Shown here piece after piece: positions 39,703 to 52,500 of a DNA stretch of 64,000 bases. The notes beneath the pieces are model-generated. The model was not told the origin of the DNA. It saw only the letters and a program-made list of their open reading frames with translations, and made no database searches. This DNA is from Isurus oxyrinchus (lineage: Eukaryota), in NCBI GenBank assembly GCA_026770705.1, contig JANJGN010000004.1:43958001-44022000 (forward strand). Direction: 5' to 3'. The position numbers and the translations under genes were made by a program. How positions within the stretch are numbered: position 1 is the stretch's first letter; each line of letters opens with the position of its first letter.

Positions 39703-42700
39703 AACAGCATCATCCCAGATTTGCACAAAGTGCGATAGCGGGAGGGTAAAACGACATTTTATCTGCTGTCCACAATGGCGGGTTTTCATGCCGTTTTGTG
39801 CCAAACTTGTTACTTATGCATTCCCAGGAAACATGCCATTTCCATGGCGGGCGGGCTTTCATTTGCTCACCATGCCATCACCCCACCATTTCATCACATC
39901 AGGCACCACATTTAAAGTACAGCCGCGCTTAGTGCTTCCAGCCCAAGACTGCAGCAAAGAAGACATGGCCCCGAAAAGCAAGAAGACTGCAGCCTTAGAG
40001 CACCTTTTGGACTCAGCGGGGGCCCGCTGTGATGTCCTCTACCTCCGCTCTGGCTGCAGGAGGAGCAGCTACATTACCACCCTAGCTTGGTAGGCGATGG
40101 CTGCAGCGCTCAGATCCAATGCTGCACAGAAGAAGATGGCCATCCAACGCAGATAGAGCATGAATGATCTCATCCCAGACACCACCATCAACATCCCTGG
40201 GTATTTTCTGTCCCACTGGTAGGACAGACCTAGCAGAGGTGGCGGCACAGTGGTATACAGTCAGGAGGGAATTGCCCTGGGAGTTCTCAGCATCGAGTCC
40301 GGACCCCATGAGTTCTTGTGGCATCAGGTCAAACATGGGCAAGGAAACTTCTTGCTGATTACCATATACTGCCCTCGCTCAGCTGATGAATCAGTTCTCC
40401 TCCATGTTGAACACCAGTTGGAGGAAGCACTGGGGGTGGCATAGGCACAGAATGTACTCCGTGTGGTGTCTTCAATGTCCATCACCAAGAGTGGCTCAGT
40501 AGCACCACTACTGACCGAGCTGGCTGAGTCCTAAAGGACATAGCTACTAGACTGGGTCTGCGGCAAATAGTGAGGGAGCCAACAAGAGGGAAAAATATAC
40601 TTGACCTCATCTTCACCAACCTGCCTGCCACAGATGCATCTGTCCATGACAGTATTGATAGGAGTGACTACCACACAGTCATTGTGGAGACGAAGTCCCA
40701 TCTTCACATTGAGGATACTCTCCATCATATTGTGTGGCACTACCACTGCGCTAGATTTCGAACAGACATAGCAACTCAAGACTGGACATCATGAGGTGGT
40801 GTTGGCCATCAGCAGCAGCAGAATACAATCTATAACCTCATGGCCTGGCATTCCCTCAGTCTAACATTACCATCAAGCCAGGGGATCAACCTTGGTTCAA
40901 TGAAGAGTGCAGGAGGGCGTGCCAGGAACAACATCAGGCATATCGAAAAATGAGGTGTCAACCTGGTGAAGCTTTAACACAATATTACTTGCGTACCAAA
41001 CAGCGTAAGTGCAAGTGATAGACAGAGCTAAGTGATCCCACAACCAACAGATCAGATCTAAGCTCTGCAGTCCTGCCACATCCAGTCATGAATGGTGGTG
41101 GACATTTAAACAATTCACTGGAGGAGGAGGCTCCACAAATATCCCCATCCTCAATGATGGGGACCTAGCTCATCAGTTCAAAAGGTAAGGCTGAAGCATT
41201 TCCAACAACATTCAGCCAGAAATGCCGTGTGGATGATGCAGCAATACCTGGACGATATCCAGCCTTGGGCTGACAAATGGCAAGTAACATTTGCCCACAC
41301 AAATGCCAAGTAATGACCATTTCCAACTTGAGAGAATCCAACCATTGCCCCTGACATTCAATGGCATTACGACCAGTGAATCCCCCACTATCAACATCCT
41401 GGGCATTACCATTGACCAGAAACTGAACTAGACTAGCCATATAAAATACTGTGAAACATGCAACGAGTAACTCACCTCCAACTCCCCAAAGCCTGTGCAC
41501 CATCTACACGGCACAAGCCAGGAATGTGACGGGACTCCCCACTTGCCTGGATGAGTGCAGCTCCCACAATACTCAAGAAGCTTGATACTATCCAGGACAA
41601 AGCAGCCCACTTGATTGACCCCAGAAACATTCACTTCCTCCACCACTGACACACAATAGTAGCAGTGTGTACCATCAATGAGATGCACTGCAGGAATTCA
41701 CCAAGGCTCCCTAAACAGCACCTTGCAAACCTGTGACCACTACCATCTAGAAGGACAAGGGCACCACCACCTGGAAGTTCCCCTCCAAGTCACTCACCAT
41801 CCTGACTTGGAAATATATCACCTTTCCTTCACTGTCAAAATCCTGGAACTCCCTTCCTAACAGCACTGTGGGTATACCTTCACCACATGGACTTCAGCGG
41901 TTCAAGAAGGCAGCTCACCACCACCTCCTCAAGGGCAAAGAGGGATGGGCAATAAATGCTGGCCCAGCCAGCGAAGCCCACATCCCATGAATGAATTTTT
42001 AAAAATCTCTGCAGTGAGGATATGACAACCATCTTTTCACTCTAAACTCACCCAATCAAACCTATCACATATTCACTGGAATCTCACTCACTATCAGCTC
42101 AAGGGACATCACCACCCATTCTCAAACACATACCCTAACATGTCCTTCTGGCCTCATCTCCTCTGGAGACTGCCTCCTCAGCCCTCACCATCTTGAAGTC
42201 ACTTGCACAGATCAACATGTGTCCCCAGACACACCCTACGATACCCTCCTTCCCCAGCACAGCTCTCGTTCTGTAGCCTCTTCCTTTGCTTGAGGCCACT
42301 TTTTCCCCTTCCCCACGCAAGCCCTAGTCCTGTAGCCATTGAAAAGCCACCCACATGTGGCTGATCTGATAGGTAGAGATCTGCCGTGAGCCCCCCAAAT
42401 GTGATGTGGTGTTGTCTGTGAAGCCTGGCGCTGATGACTGTGAGTGCTGACTGAAGCAAGGTAGACAAACAAACTTTGAAGTCCCAAGCGAAATGCACTT
42501 CACCAGGTGCACATCACTTATGTGCTGCTGTGAAACATGTCAGTGGAGGGCCTATCCAGTGGGTGGGAGGGATGAGGTTGACGGGCTGGCTTTATAATGT
42601 TATGCTGATGTACTATAATGAGGTTCCTGATGTCTGATGGCAGGAAAAGCAGCCGCTGATGGCGGGCTGAGTGGACAATTGCAAATTGGTTCCATGCTGT

Positions 42701-42769
42701 CGTGAAACTGATCGCACCATTTTGTCCACTCACGCCAACAATACCAGCGGGCACGGGAAATCCCAGCCC
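39703..42769 (+). mobile_element. Harbinger family B non-autonomous element carrying a Myb-like exon
   Basis: Left end like 33787/56301. MAPKSKKTAA...MNDLI. Right TIR gggaaatcccagccc. Flanks CTG/CAG. Confidence 0.75.
40175..42000 (+). mobile_element. CR1-group LINE (internally deleted) nested in the Harbinger element
   Basis: Endonuclease EPTRGKNILDLIFTN and the tail cccacatcccatgaatgaat. Confidence 0.85.
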
Positions 42770-44114
42770 CAGTTTGGGTTCTGCCAGGGACACTCAGTTT
42801 CTGACCTCATTACAGCCTTGGTTCAAACATGGACAAAAGAGCTGGACTGCACAAGTGAGGTGAGAGTGACTACCCTTGACAACAAGCCTGCATTTGAACG
42901 AGTGTGGCATCAAGCAACCCTAGCAAAACTGGAGTCATACCTTGCACAAAGGCAGATGGTTGTGGTTGTTGGAGATCAATGATCTCAGCTCCAGGACAAC
43001 ACTGCAGGAGTTCCTCACGGCAGTGTCCTAGGCCCAGCCATCTTCAGCTGCTTCATCAATGACCTTCCTTCCATCATAAGGTCAGAAGTGGGGATGTTTG
43101 CTGATTATTGCACAATGTTCAACATCATTCACGTCTTCTCAGATGCTGAAGCAGTTCATGTCCAAATGCATCAAGACTTGGACAATATCCAGACTTGAGC
43201 TGACAAGTGGCAAGTAACATTCATGCCACTCAAGTATCAGGCAATGACCATCCCCAACAAAAGAGGATCTAATCATCACCCTTTGACATTCGATAGCATT
43301 ACCATTGCTGAATCCCCCATTATCAATATCCTGGGGGTTACCGTTAACCAGAAACTGAACTGGACTAGCAATATAAAAACTGTGGCTACAAGAGTGAGTC
43401 AGAGGCTAGGAATCCTTTGGCGAGTAACTCTCCTCCTTAATCCCCAAAGCCTGTTCGCTATCTAGCCAGGAGTATGATGGAATACTCTCCACTTGCCTGG
43501 ATGAATGCAGCTCCCACAACACTCAAGAAGCTTGACACCATGCAGGACAAAAAGCCCCCATCTACAAACATTCACTCCCCCTACCACCAATGCACAGTGG
43601 TAGCAGTAGGTACCATCTACAAGATACACTGCAGAAACTCACCAAGGCTCCTTAGGCAGCACCCACCAAACCCACAACATCAACCCTCTAGAAGGACAAG
43701 GGCAGCAAATACATTGGAAAACCACCACCTGGAAGTTCCCCTCCAAGCCGTTCACCATCCTGACTAGGAAATATATCACCGTTCCTTCATTGTCACTGGG
43801 TCAAAATCCTAGAACGCCCTCCCTAACAGCACTGTGGGTGTCCTATACCACATAGACTGCAGTGGTTCAAGAAGGCAGCTCACCACCACCACCTTCTCAA
43901 GGGAAACTAGGAATGGGTAATGAATGCTGGCTTAGCCGGGGACACCCACATCCAGTGAATGAATAAAAAAACAGTGAAGTTAGTGTTAGCATTGACTACA
44001 ATGATGCATCCTGTTACTTGCCATTGCTCGTAGTGGGAAGGAACAAAGTCTCCCTGATGGGAAGAAATTGGCTTAAGAAAATACAGTTAAACTGGGCTAA
44101 GTTATTTACAATAG

Positions 44115-45096
44115 TGTCATGATAATGAAGGAAAAACACCGATTTGCGTATGGAAATATTGGACTTTAAAAAATAAGACCTGAGTTATTAGAAATGCACA
44201 CAAGCCACTGGCTGGAGTGCTGCAGGTTGACTCCCTAAGAGGTAATGTTGCCAGACAAGGTACTGCTTAAGACATCCAGAAACTAATTGCTCCCTCCAGA
44301 AGAGACAATGGGACATAATGGAGATGAGAATCATTTCATGAAGAAATCCAAGAGCAATGCCCAGGCAGGTTTGTGAATTCACTTCCCGCTTGAAATATAC
44401 AAAGAAGTGGTTAAAAGTGAGCAGAAAAGCAGCCCCGGTGTCGGTTTGTTGGTGGGTGTTCTGAGAGAGAGCAAGTGCTGGAAGTTTGACTCAGAAGTAA
44501 AAGCCGCACACAGTACCCCTGCAAATCGCCATTTTGCAGGCATCCTGATCTCTCTCCCTCTGTACCAGAGTCAACTCTACTGGAACCTCAAATCTGGCTA
44601 TTCGTCTACTGGAATCAATTCTATTGGAATCTCGAATTGCAACAGCTGCAACGCTCAATCATCTACTCCCCACGAGTCAAGGACTGTTCCGTATAGCTTT
44701 TTTTATATACACATATATATATATTCACTTACTTCAAGCTAAATTCTTATTTTTAACCTGTTGGACTGTATATGCATGTGTTTTAGCATCTCTTGCTTTA
44801 GTAGTTAATAAACTTACTTTTACTCTTAACTCAAGAAAGTCTGATCAAATTGGCTCCTTCAAAACCAGGACAGTTGAGTCTGGGTAAAAGGTATCTGTGA
44901 AAGGGATCCTTTTTAGATTAAATCTTGTTGTGACCAACAAAAGGGGGAGAGGGCTGAATAAAGACAGGGGGCCAGTTCATCCCCTCTCACCCGGGGCATA
45001 ACAATTTGGGGGTGTCCCAGCCAGACAGTGACAATTTGAGGGGTCTCACCTGGATCAACAACTTTGGGGAACCTCACCTGGGGGTGGGTTGTAACG
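44115..45096 (+). mobile_element. Solo LTR with a terminal array of PBS-like units
   Basis: TGTCATG...GTAACG. Perfect 4-bp TSD ATAG/ATAG. 3' end homologous to the LTRs of 5679-9769. Confidence 0.88.
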
Positions 45097-46689
45097 ATAG
45101 GAGTTAGTGAGAGTATGCCTGACATTGAGAAATTGCTAAGAGAGCACAAAGTGATAAAATTGGGCATCAAAAGGCTGAAATCAAGATAAAGGACAATGTC
45201 ATCCAACATTTTGCAAGCCTGGGCCAGTGCCCCGTGCACAGTTAGGAGCAGCAAGTAAAGCACTGGATAGGTTAGTAAGAACAGATACAATTAAAAATGA
45301 AAAATAAAATGAGTGGTCCCATTTTTGCACACTCACTTAACGTATCAATATCTCTGTAATCTTATGCTACTTACTTTCTTCTATGCTACTTACTATGTCA
45401 CCAATCTTTTGGAAAACCTGAATATATGGCTCTCTATTGCATTACTCAAGTCATAAATAAATATAATAAATAGTTGAGATCAGGGCCCAGGAGAAGGGAT
45501 GTACAATATGCAAAACATCAGGGTCCATGCCAAAGGGGGGGCCCTGCCTCAAGCAAATATTTTGCACATGCATGACACCGACAAATCCTCCTTTTCTATA
45601 TCAAAAAACATAATATTAACCTGCTGGATTGGTAGTATTAACCCTGGGACAATTTAGGCAGTTTGCGTAAAACCTCATTGCCTCATACATTCAAGTTTTC
45701 TGAATTTGTCATTTCCCTGTCTTTGGCTAGACAGAGAGAAGGCGAGGGAGGAACATACCATCTCATGAGGCATCCAAGGCAGTGTTGGGCTACTAATGAC
45801 ATCATTGAGAAACTCTTATTTTGAATATTAGAAGCTGATTGGTGGACAACAGAGGTTACTACAAGATACATTCTGAACAAAGAATGTGATGAGTGAATGG
45901 TATTTTGTGGACTATATGGATATACATACACTTAAATACATTTATATATATATATATGCAATACAAGGATTTTACTGTAAATATAATGGTACAAGACTGG
46001 TACATGAAGCGTGTTCTGCCATAGTTGATGATATAGATTTTGATTGTAGATAGCTTAAAGTTTTTACCCTTTTTTTCTGCAATATCTGTGACAACTGAAA
46101 CACAAATGTGACACCTACATATTGAGTATGAATTGATCAGTTATATATATCAAACATAATTGTCTTAATGTTATTATGAGGACATTATCATTATAAAAAA
46201 TCTTAAATTGAAGTCAGTGCTGCAATTGTGATGATGTGTCTGAACATGCCAGCGAGCATGCTCACTTGATCAGCTTAAAAGTGACCACCCACATATGGGA
46301 TTTTCGGTTGGGGGTGTGTGGGCTGAAACAGATTTTGGAGCAGACAAATCTGCAGGTTGCCAAGTACAGAAGCAGACTGAGCAAAAGGCCTGACTCTGTG
46401 CACCAGCACTGTGTTTAAATAAATAAAAAAATAAAACAATAAAATCCCTCCAACCCTCACCCCCTCATACACTCCCTATGCCCAATCCATGCAAATCTAC
46501 ACCTCACCCACCCTCCATGGCCCCCACACTCCTATGTAAATTTAGTGCCCCACTACACAGCCCATTGTACCCATACTCCCTATGCCAACTTAGTGCCACC
46601 CCATGCCCACATCACCCTTTGCCTTTACCCCAAATTGCCGATTTACTATCCTTGGACAGTTCCTTGATAGCTTTGACACTTTTCCTAGA

Positions 46690-46975
46690 TATTTTTGATA
46701 GATTTGACAGCTCCTTAACATTTTCTTGACAGCTGGACAGTTCCTGGACAGCTGGACATCTCCTGGACAATTGGACAGCTAGACAGTTACTGGACAGTTG
46801 GACAGTTCCTGGACAGCGGGACATCTCCTGGGAAGCTAGACAGTTCCTGAATAGCTAGACAGTTCCTGGACAGTTGGACAGTTCCTCAACAGCTGGACAT
46901 CTCCTGGACAGCTGGACAATTCGTGGACAGCTGGATACCTCTTTCACAGTTGGACACCTCTTTTACAGCTTGACA
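46690..46975. repeat. Minisatellite of ctggacag(ttc)-like 8-11 bp units
   Basis: More than 20 degenerate copies of (c/t)tggacag/ctggacatctc. Confidence 0.85.
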
Positions 46976-47379
46976 GCTCCAGTGAGTTTATGCATAAAAA
47001 GTACATAGTTCTGTTCACTTTCAACAACCCCAAAGGGTGCCTTACCTCTCCCAAGAGTGTCTTGGAACTGTATCCAAATGGCTACTTTACCTTTCCAAAG
47101 GGGTACCCTGGCTATCCATAAGAATCCATCAAGTTCAGACCTCCTCTTACCTATTCTAATCTGCACACAATCCATGTGCCTGTTCTTCCAAAATCTCACT
47201 TTAGTAGAGGTAGCTGGTGATTTAAATGGCAGCTGCCTCCATGAATAACACATATGCAAACCTTGGGCCAACTCTGGGAAGATGGAAATTCCAGGTTCAG
47301 GGGTGGAATTTAGAACTTGTGGCAATTTTTGGATTTTTGCCATGACAAAGGGGCTCTCCTTCATGGCAAAAATCCAGAC

Positions 47380-47560
47380 CTAACATTGAATTCAATCATA
47401 TTATGAACATTGTTAGCTAAAAGTCGGCACACTATTAAATTATTAAGTTTCTCTGGCTCATTACTCTTTACTAAATCGAGTATGGTCTGTGCTCTTGATG
47501 GTTGTCGAACATACTGCTCCAGAAAATGATTTCGAACGCACACAAGAAAGAGCTACTCTG
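47380..47560 (-). mobile_element. CR1 endonuclease fragment
   Basis: FLEQYVRQPSRAQTILDLVKSNEPE. Confidence 0.7.
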
Positions 47561-47648
47561 CCCTTGCCAGTACATTCAAAAATTAAAGTCTCAAAACAAA
47601 TTTGCCTTTGCTACAAGTCTCTAATCCATAAAGTCATGTACAGAATGT

Positions 47649-48290
47649 TGTTAGGAAATAGAGATCATTTAAGTAAGTTATATATGTGTTAGGAATAAGG
47701 TATATCTTTAAGTTTAAGTTCAATTTATATTTTTTTCTATTGCGGGTTAAAAGGTGAAACCTCGGATCCAGTTTAATCTTTGAGTGGAGACAGCAGGTCT
47801 AAAGCTCTGTTTGTATACCTGCATTTCTAATGAGATTTTTACAACTCTTGGAGGAGAGTTAAAGCCAACAGGAGCGGAGAAAAAACTGCTGTTGCCTAGC
47901 AACTGGGATTCAGAGAGGGAGGCCCCACCCGCACACACGCACACACAGAGAAACTGAAAGTAGTTTGAGTTCAGCTGGTCATTATGCTGTAAGTTGAAGG
48001 GAACAGTTTAATTCTCTCTCTCAAGCTGACATACTTGCAGACTACTGAGGGAAATAAGTCTAAGAATCATAGATGAGTTGCTCTAAAGTTAAAATAATAT
48101 TGAATGTCAAGTGACTTCTGGATCTCAAGGGAGATACCAAGTTGTCAGCAGTCTTCTGGGAGAGGTAACTGCAGAGGGCAGATTTCCCAAAAGAACTGAA
48201 AGACCCCAAAGCCAAGGAGTGAGACAGAAAGGAGGTGTCCCAAGGAGACCTTCTAGTCTAGTCAAAGGACAGGAATCTGGAAGAGGTTCT
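47649..48290 (+). mobile_element. Partial family-A LTR (5' portion)
   Basis: TGTTAGGAAATAGAG start and colinear similarity to 59-620. Truncated before the Penelope fragment. Confidence 0.7.
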
Positions 48291-48317
48291 TTCTGCGGCG
48301 GTGAAAATATAGAGCAG

Positions 48318-49120
48318 AGAGGAGAGACCAAACGCAAACTGGGTGACCGCTTTGCAGAACACCTTCCGTCTGTCCGCAAACATGACCCAGACCTCCCTGT
48401 CGCTTGCCATTTCAACACACTACCCTGCTCTCGTGCTCACATGTCTGTCCTTGGCCTGCTGCAATGTTTCAGTGAAGCTCAACGCAAACTGGAGGAACAG
48501 CACCTCATCTTCCGACTCGGCACTTTACAGCCTTCCGGATTGCATAGTGAGTTCTACAACTTCAGATCATGAACTCTCTCCTCCATCCCCACCCCCTTTT
48601 TTATCGCCTTTTTTAAATATTTATTTTAATTTTTATTCATTGTTTGATCCCCACCTTTTATCCTATTTTCAATCCTTTTCCCACCACCATCCCCTCCCCC
48701 CACCCCATCCCCAACAAGGGTCATCCATCACTTGTTCATGTTGTTCTTTCCAGAGTGCTTACCCTTGTCCTGCTATTATCATATTCTGCTTTCTGACCTT
48801 AATGCCACCATCAGCACCTCTTTTAGCCAGTACCACTATCATTAACACCCCTTTGTCCTTTTGTCCATGACATATCTGGTGATCTCTCCTTTGCCTCCAC
48901 CTATCACTGACCTCCTCTCCAGCTTCACCTGCTCCACCCACCTTCAACAGTATAAATTTCATCACATTTTCACTTCTCTTTAGCTCTGAAGAAGAGTCAT
49001 GCGGACTCGGAACGGTAACTGATTTTTTTCTCTCCACAGATACTGTTAGGCCTGCTGAGTTTTTCCAGCATTTTGTTTTTGTTTCAGATTTCCAGCATCT
49101 GCAGTATTTTGCTTTTATCA
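48318..49120 (+). mobile_element. Penelope-like element 3' end (GIY-YIG endonuclease C-terminus and tail)
   Basis: GETKRKLGDRFAEHL...PVACHFN...EEQHLIFRLGTLQPSGL (GIY-YIG, typical of Penelope-like elements). The tail carries a hammerhead-like motif. Confidence 0.88.
48982..49020 (+). ncRNA. Degenerate minimal hammerhead ribozyme
   Basis: CTGAAGA-A-GAGTC-atgcg-GACTC-GGAAC-GGTAACT: the CUGANGA core and stem II are intact, the GAAA box reads GGAA. Confidence 0.6.
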
Positions 49121-49559
49121 TATTCCAGTGTGATCTTTTTATTTTGATTTAGTAGTAAACCTGACTACATTCTCAAGAGAAAGATATCAGAATATATGGA
49201 ATGACCAGAAACAATAGGCAGCAAATGAAAGTTGCTCCCAACTAATGCGGGAAGCCTACATACACTGGTTCATTCCAAAATGAGCTGTGCAGTCATTTTA
49301 GATTTAGTTTTGCTGCAGGTAGTGTTTTGAAGGTCCTGATACATTTTCAGGAGCAGTCAAAAGAGCAGCTAGCTACTTCCAATCCAGCTTACATTCTGTG
49401 GGTTTGACTTTTTCCCCACGCCCACCAGTTAAAAAGTGGGTTGGGAGCCTGTCTACAAAAAAATCGGCTGCCCTGCAGTCATTTTACACTTGACAGGATA
49501 CTAATTGGCTCAGGGAAAGACTTCTACCCCCACCTAGGCGCAGTGCTGGAACTCCAGGA

Positions 49560-52500
49560 CATGTCCTGGTCAGGGTGATGACATGCTGGGAGGGGAGCTT
49601 CAAGGTGGCATGGTACTGAACCATCTGCTGCCCTCTGTGCTCCACGTGCTTGCACCTCCTTGCTATGGAAGGATATACTGTGTAGTGCCTAATGTAATAT
49701 AGGCCGCATGTGTCTAAGTGGGGGTTGGGGGTTGTGGAGGTGGGTGGGGGGTGAGTGCAGTGAGGAGCAGGCCTAGCATCTTTGTGTGAGTGTTGGCAGC
49801 AGTGGGATGAGGAGGCACTGGAGCCCTGATATGTCCCACTCTGGTTGGGGTGGGCCATGCACGAAGTGAGTCCATGTGCAATTTGCACAAATCAATGCTC
49901 GTCTCTCATTTTCAGGAGAAGAATACTCATAACGCAGCAGAGCGTGTGAGAACTGGCAGTGGGCAAGTGCAGATCGCTTAGCTGCTTAGAGCAGGAGGCC
50001 CTGGATTTGGAGAGGCGCCATGCGCCCACGTCTACTGGTGTTGGTGAGGCTGGGGTGCCACGACCAGTTATGTTTGCCCAACAGTGAGGTCAGCATTGTT
50101 CTCCCAACATCCATGGCAGTGCTGAATGTTAATTCATTTAATTTTGCAACATGGTTTGACCATTGCTTATGGAAGAATGAGCGCATAATGATCTGGGAGA
50201 CTGGGATGCACTTTGTCATTGACTCCACGTTAACTGATTCACTATTCTTGTTCTTCCTTTCAGCATCATCAGAGCAGGGCCGGGAGGAGGAGCAGCAAAG
50301 GCCCCCTCCTGATCTGAGGGGCCTGAAGTCTCACCAGGGTCACACCATTTTTGCGAGGCAGGCACCAGCGCAGATACTAGCACCTTGGTGGGAATTAGAA
50401 ATCAGCTAGTGTATCGCGGAACAGCGGTGAGGACGCTTCACAGTCGTTGGAGGAGCTGGCAGAGTCAGAGAGTGCCCTTGGCACCAGCAGTCGGAGGACT
50501 GCAGGGGACCAGGCACATGCTCAGTCGGTGCCTGATGATGTGTCTCTGGAGTCGTCCGCGACGCAGCAGCTGCAGGAAATGCGGCTGGGTGTGCGGGAGC
50601 ATCTGGGGGAGATACATGAGGCTTTGCTTGGCTTGGTCCCTGTGGCGGAGGAGTCTATGCAGACGATCGCCGATTCAATGAGCCTCATGTCCGAGCGCCA
50701 TGTGTCCTCCATGGAGAGAGTGGTGACTGTCGTGGAGAGGCTCCTCCAGGAGACCCATCAGGGCTTCCTGGGGATGCGCTCTGCCCAGCAAGCCCTCACA
50801 TTGGCATTGACCTCAGCTGGTCATTGCCAGTGTGGGAGATGGTGTGGGCATCAAGTTTCCCAGCCCAGTGCTCATCCATCCACCCATCCACAATGAGCAG
50901 GAGGTCTAAAGTGACCTCATATCAGTGCAGCAGCTGCTATCATCTCTGCGGGCACCTCTCATGGCGCTCAGGACGAGGATGGCAGCTCCTCCGCCCCTCC
51001 CCCAGTGACCGTAGCAACTGGATGGCTGCGACGACTGGGGAGATGCCAGCTGTGGCACTGGCTGCTCCGTCCCAGGCAGGGCCAGCACAGGCTCCACTGA
51101 CCAGAAGACGACCACCAATGTCATCGAGGCCAACAGGACAGCAGAATCAGCAGGCTGTCTCAAATGCCACTCCGAGTGATGAGGCAGCACCAAGATGTAG
51201 CACCCGGAAACTAAAACATAAGGCAACTTCGGCACATCATGGGTTTTTCACTGGTGCTTTTTGTTGGCCTGAAATGAGGTCCTTATGATTTGTTTTGATT
51301 TGTAACACCATTGTCTGTTTTTATGAATAACTTTGTTTGCTTAACATATTAAATTCAGATATGTCACCATGGCTGAGGGTGCCTCTTTTCTTCTCATATG
51401 GATGGTTTCCAAAACTGTAATGAGTGCTCAATTGGACATTCAGCTTTATTAACAGGGCCCTAAGTTACTGTTCCTAACCTAGCAGATTTTGCACTTAGGT
51501 GTTGAGTATGGAGCCTACAGCTCAGGCTTGTCCTGGAGGTCCATCTGTGGTGTACTAGCTAAAGATCCGTTGGATTAAAGCCTCCCAGGTAGTCCTGCCT
51601 CCCTGGAGTATGCCCAAGCCAATGTCTACCTCCTCAGCATTTCCCTGTGCATGCTAATCCACAGACTCACTGCTGGAGTCATCGTGTGCCCTTTCCAGCG
51701 CAAGGTTGTGCAGAGTGCAGCATGCAACCACTATCGCACACACATGATCTGGGGGGTATTGGAGTGCGCCCCCTGAACGGTCCAGGCATCGGAAGCACAT
51801 CTTAAGAAGATTGATGGTTCTCTCCAGCACAGCCCTTGTGAAGGCGTGCCTCCTATTGTAGCTCTGCTCAGACTCTGTTCTTGGATGGTGGAGAGGCGCC
51901 AGGAGTCACCTTCTGAGGGGATAGCCCATGTCACCCCACAGCCATCCATCCAGTCGGGCCGGAGCACTGAAAAGCCCTGGCACCTGGGAGTGTCTGAGGA
52001 TGTAAGCGTCATTGGAGCTGCCTGGGTACCTTGCACAGACTTGAAGGATCTGCATCCTATGATAACACATTATCTGTACGTTCATGGAGCGGAAGCCCTT
52101 CCTGTTGACGAAGGCACTGGGCTCACCTGCTGGCGCCTTGATGGCCACATGTGTACAATCTATAGCACCCTGGACACGGGGGAAGCCAGCAATGGCCACG
52201 AAGCCTCTGGCTCACTCAACCTGGCTTGCCTGGTCCTAGCGGTAGTGGACAAAGGTCAATGCACACCTTAACAGAGTGTCTGTAACCTGCTTGACACAAG
52301 TGTGGACAGCTGATTGGAAGACACCGCAAAGATCACCCACCGACCCCTGGAAGGAGTCAAAGGCATAGAAGTTGAGGGCAGCTGTGGCCTTTAGATCCAC
52401 TGGCATGGGGTGTCCACCCACACAGCTAGCAGAGACCTCAGGCCCAATCATCTGACAGATGAAGTTGACTGTCTCCTTTGAGAGACGGAGCCTCCTTCGG

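Larger units (their letters stand above)
39613..43971 (+). mobile_element. CR1-group LINE split by a Harbinger insertion (pieces 39613-39702 and 42770-43971)
   Basis: ISKVMEGVINNAIKQHLFSNDLLTD resumes at 42770 as QFGFCQGHSVSDLITAL. Tail gaatgaataaaaaa at 43957-43971. Confidence 0.85.
38480..45290 (+). mobile_element. Gypsy gag-protease remnant interrupted by nested insertions (Gypsy pieces 38480-39612, 43972-44114, 45097-45290)
   Basis: gag FLTMIGSDAF...LREMFVEGL, zinc knuckle CYACGEVGQ. Protease VDTIAAMSVISE resumes as LPLLVV...SLMGRNWLKKIQLNW. Confidence 0.8.

Noticed and set aside
44997-45096. CRISPR array interpretation of the repeat-spacer-like units
   Set aside because: Eukaryotic context, only three units, a short degenerate constant part, no cas genes, and it lies within a TSD-bounded LTR.
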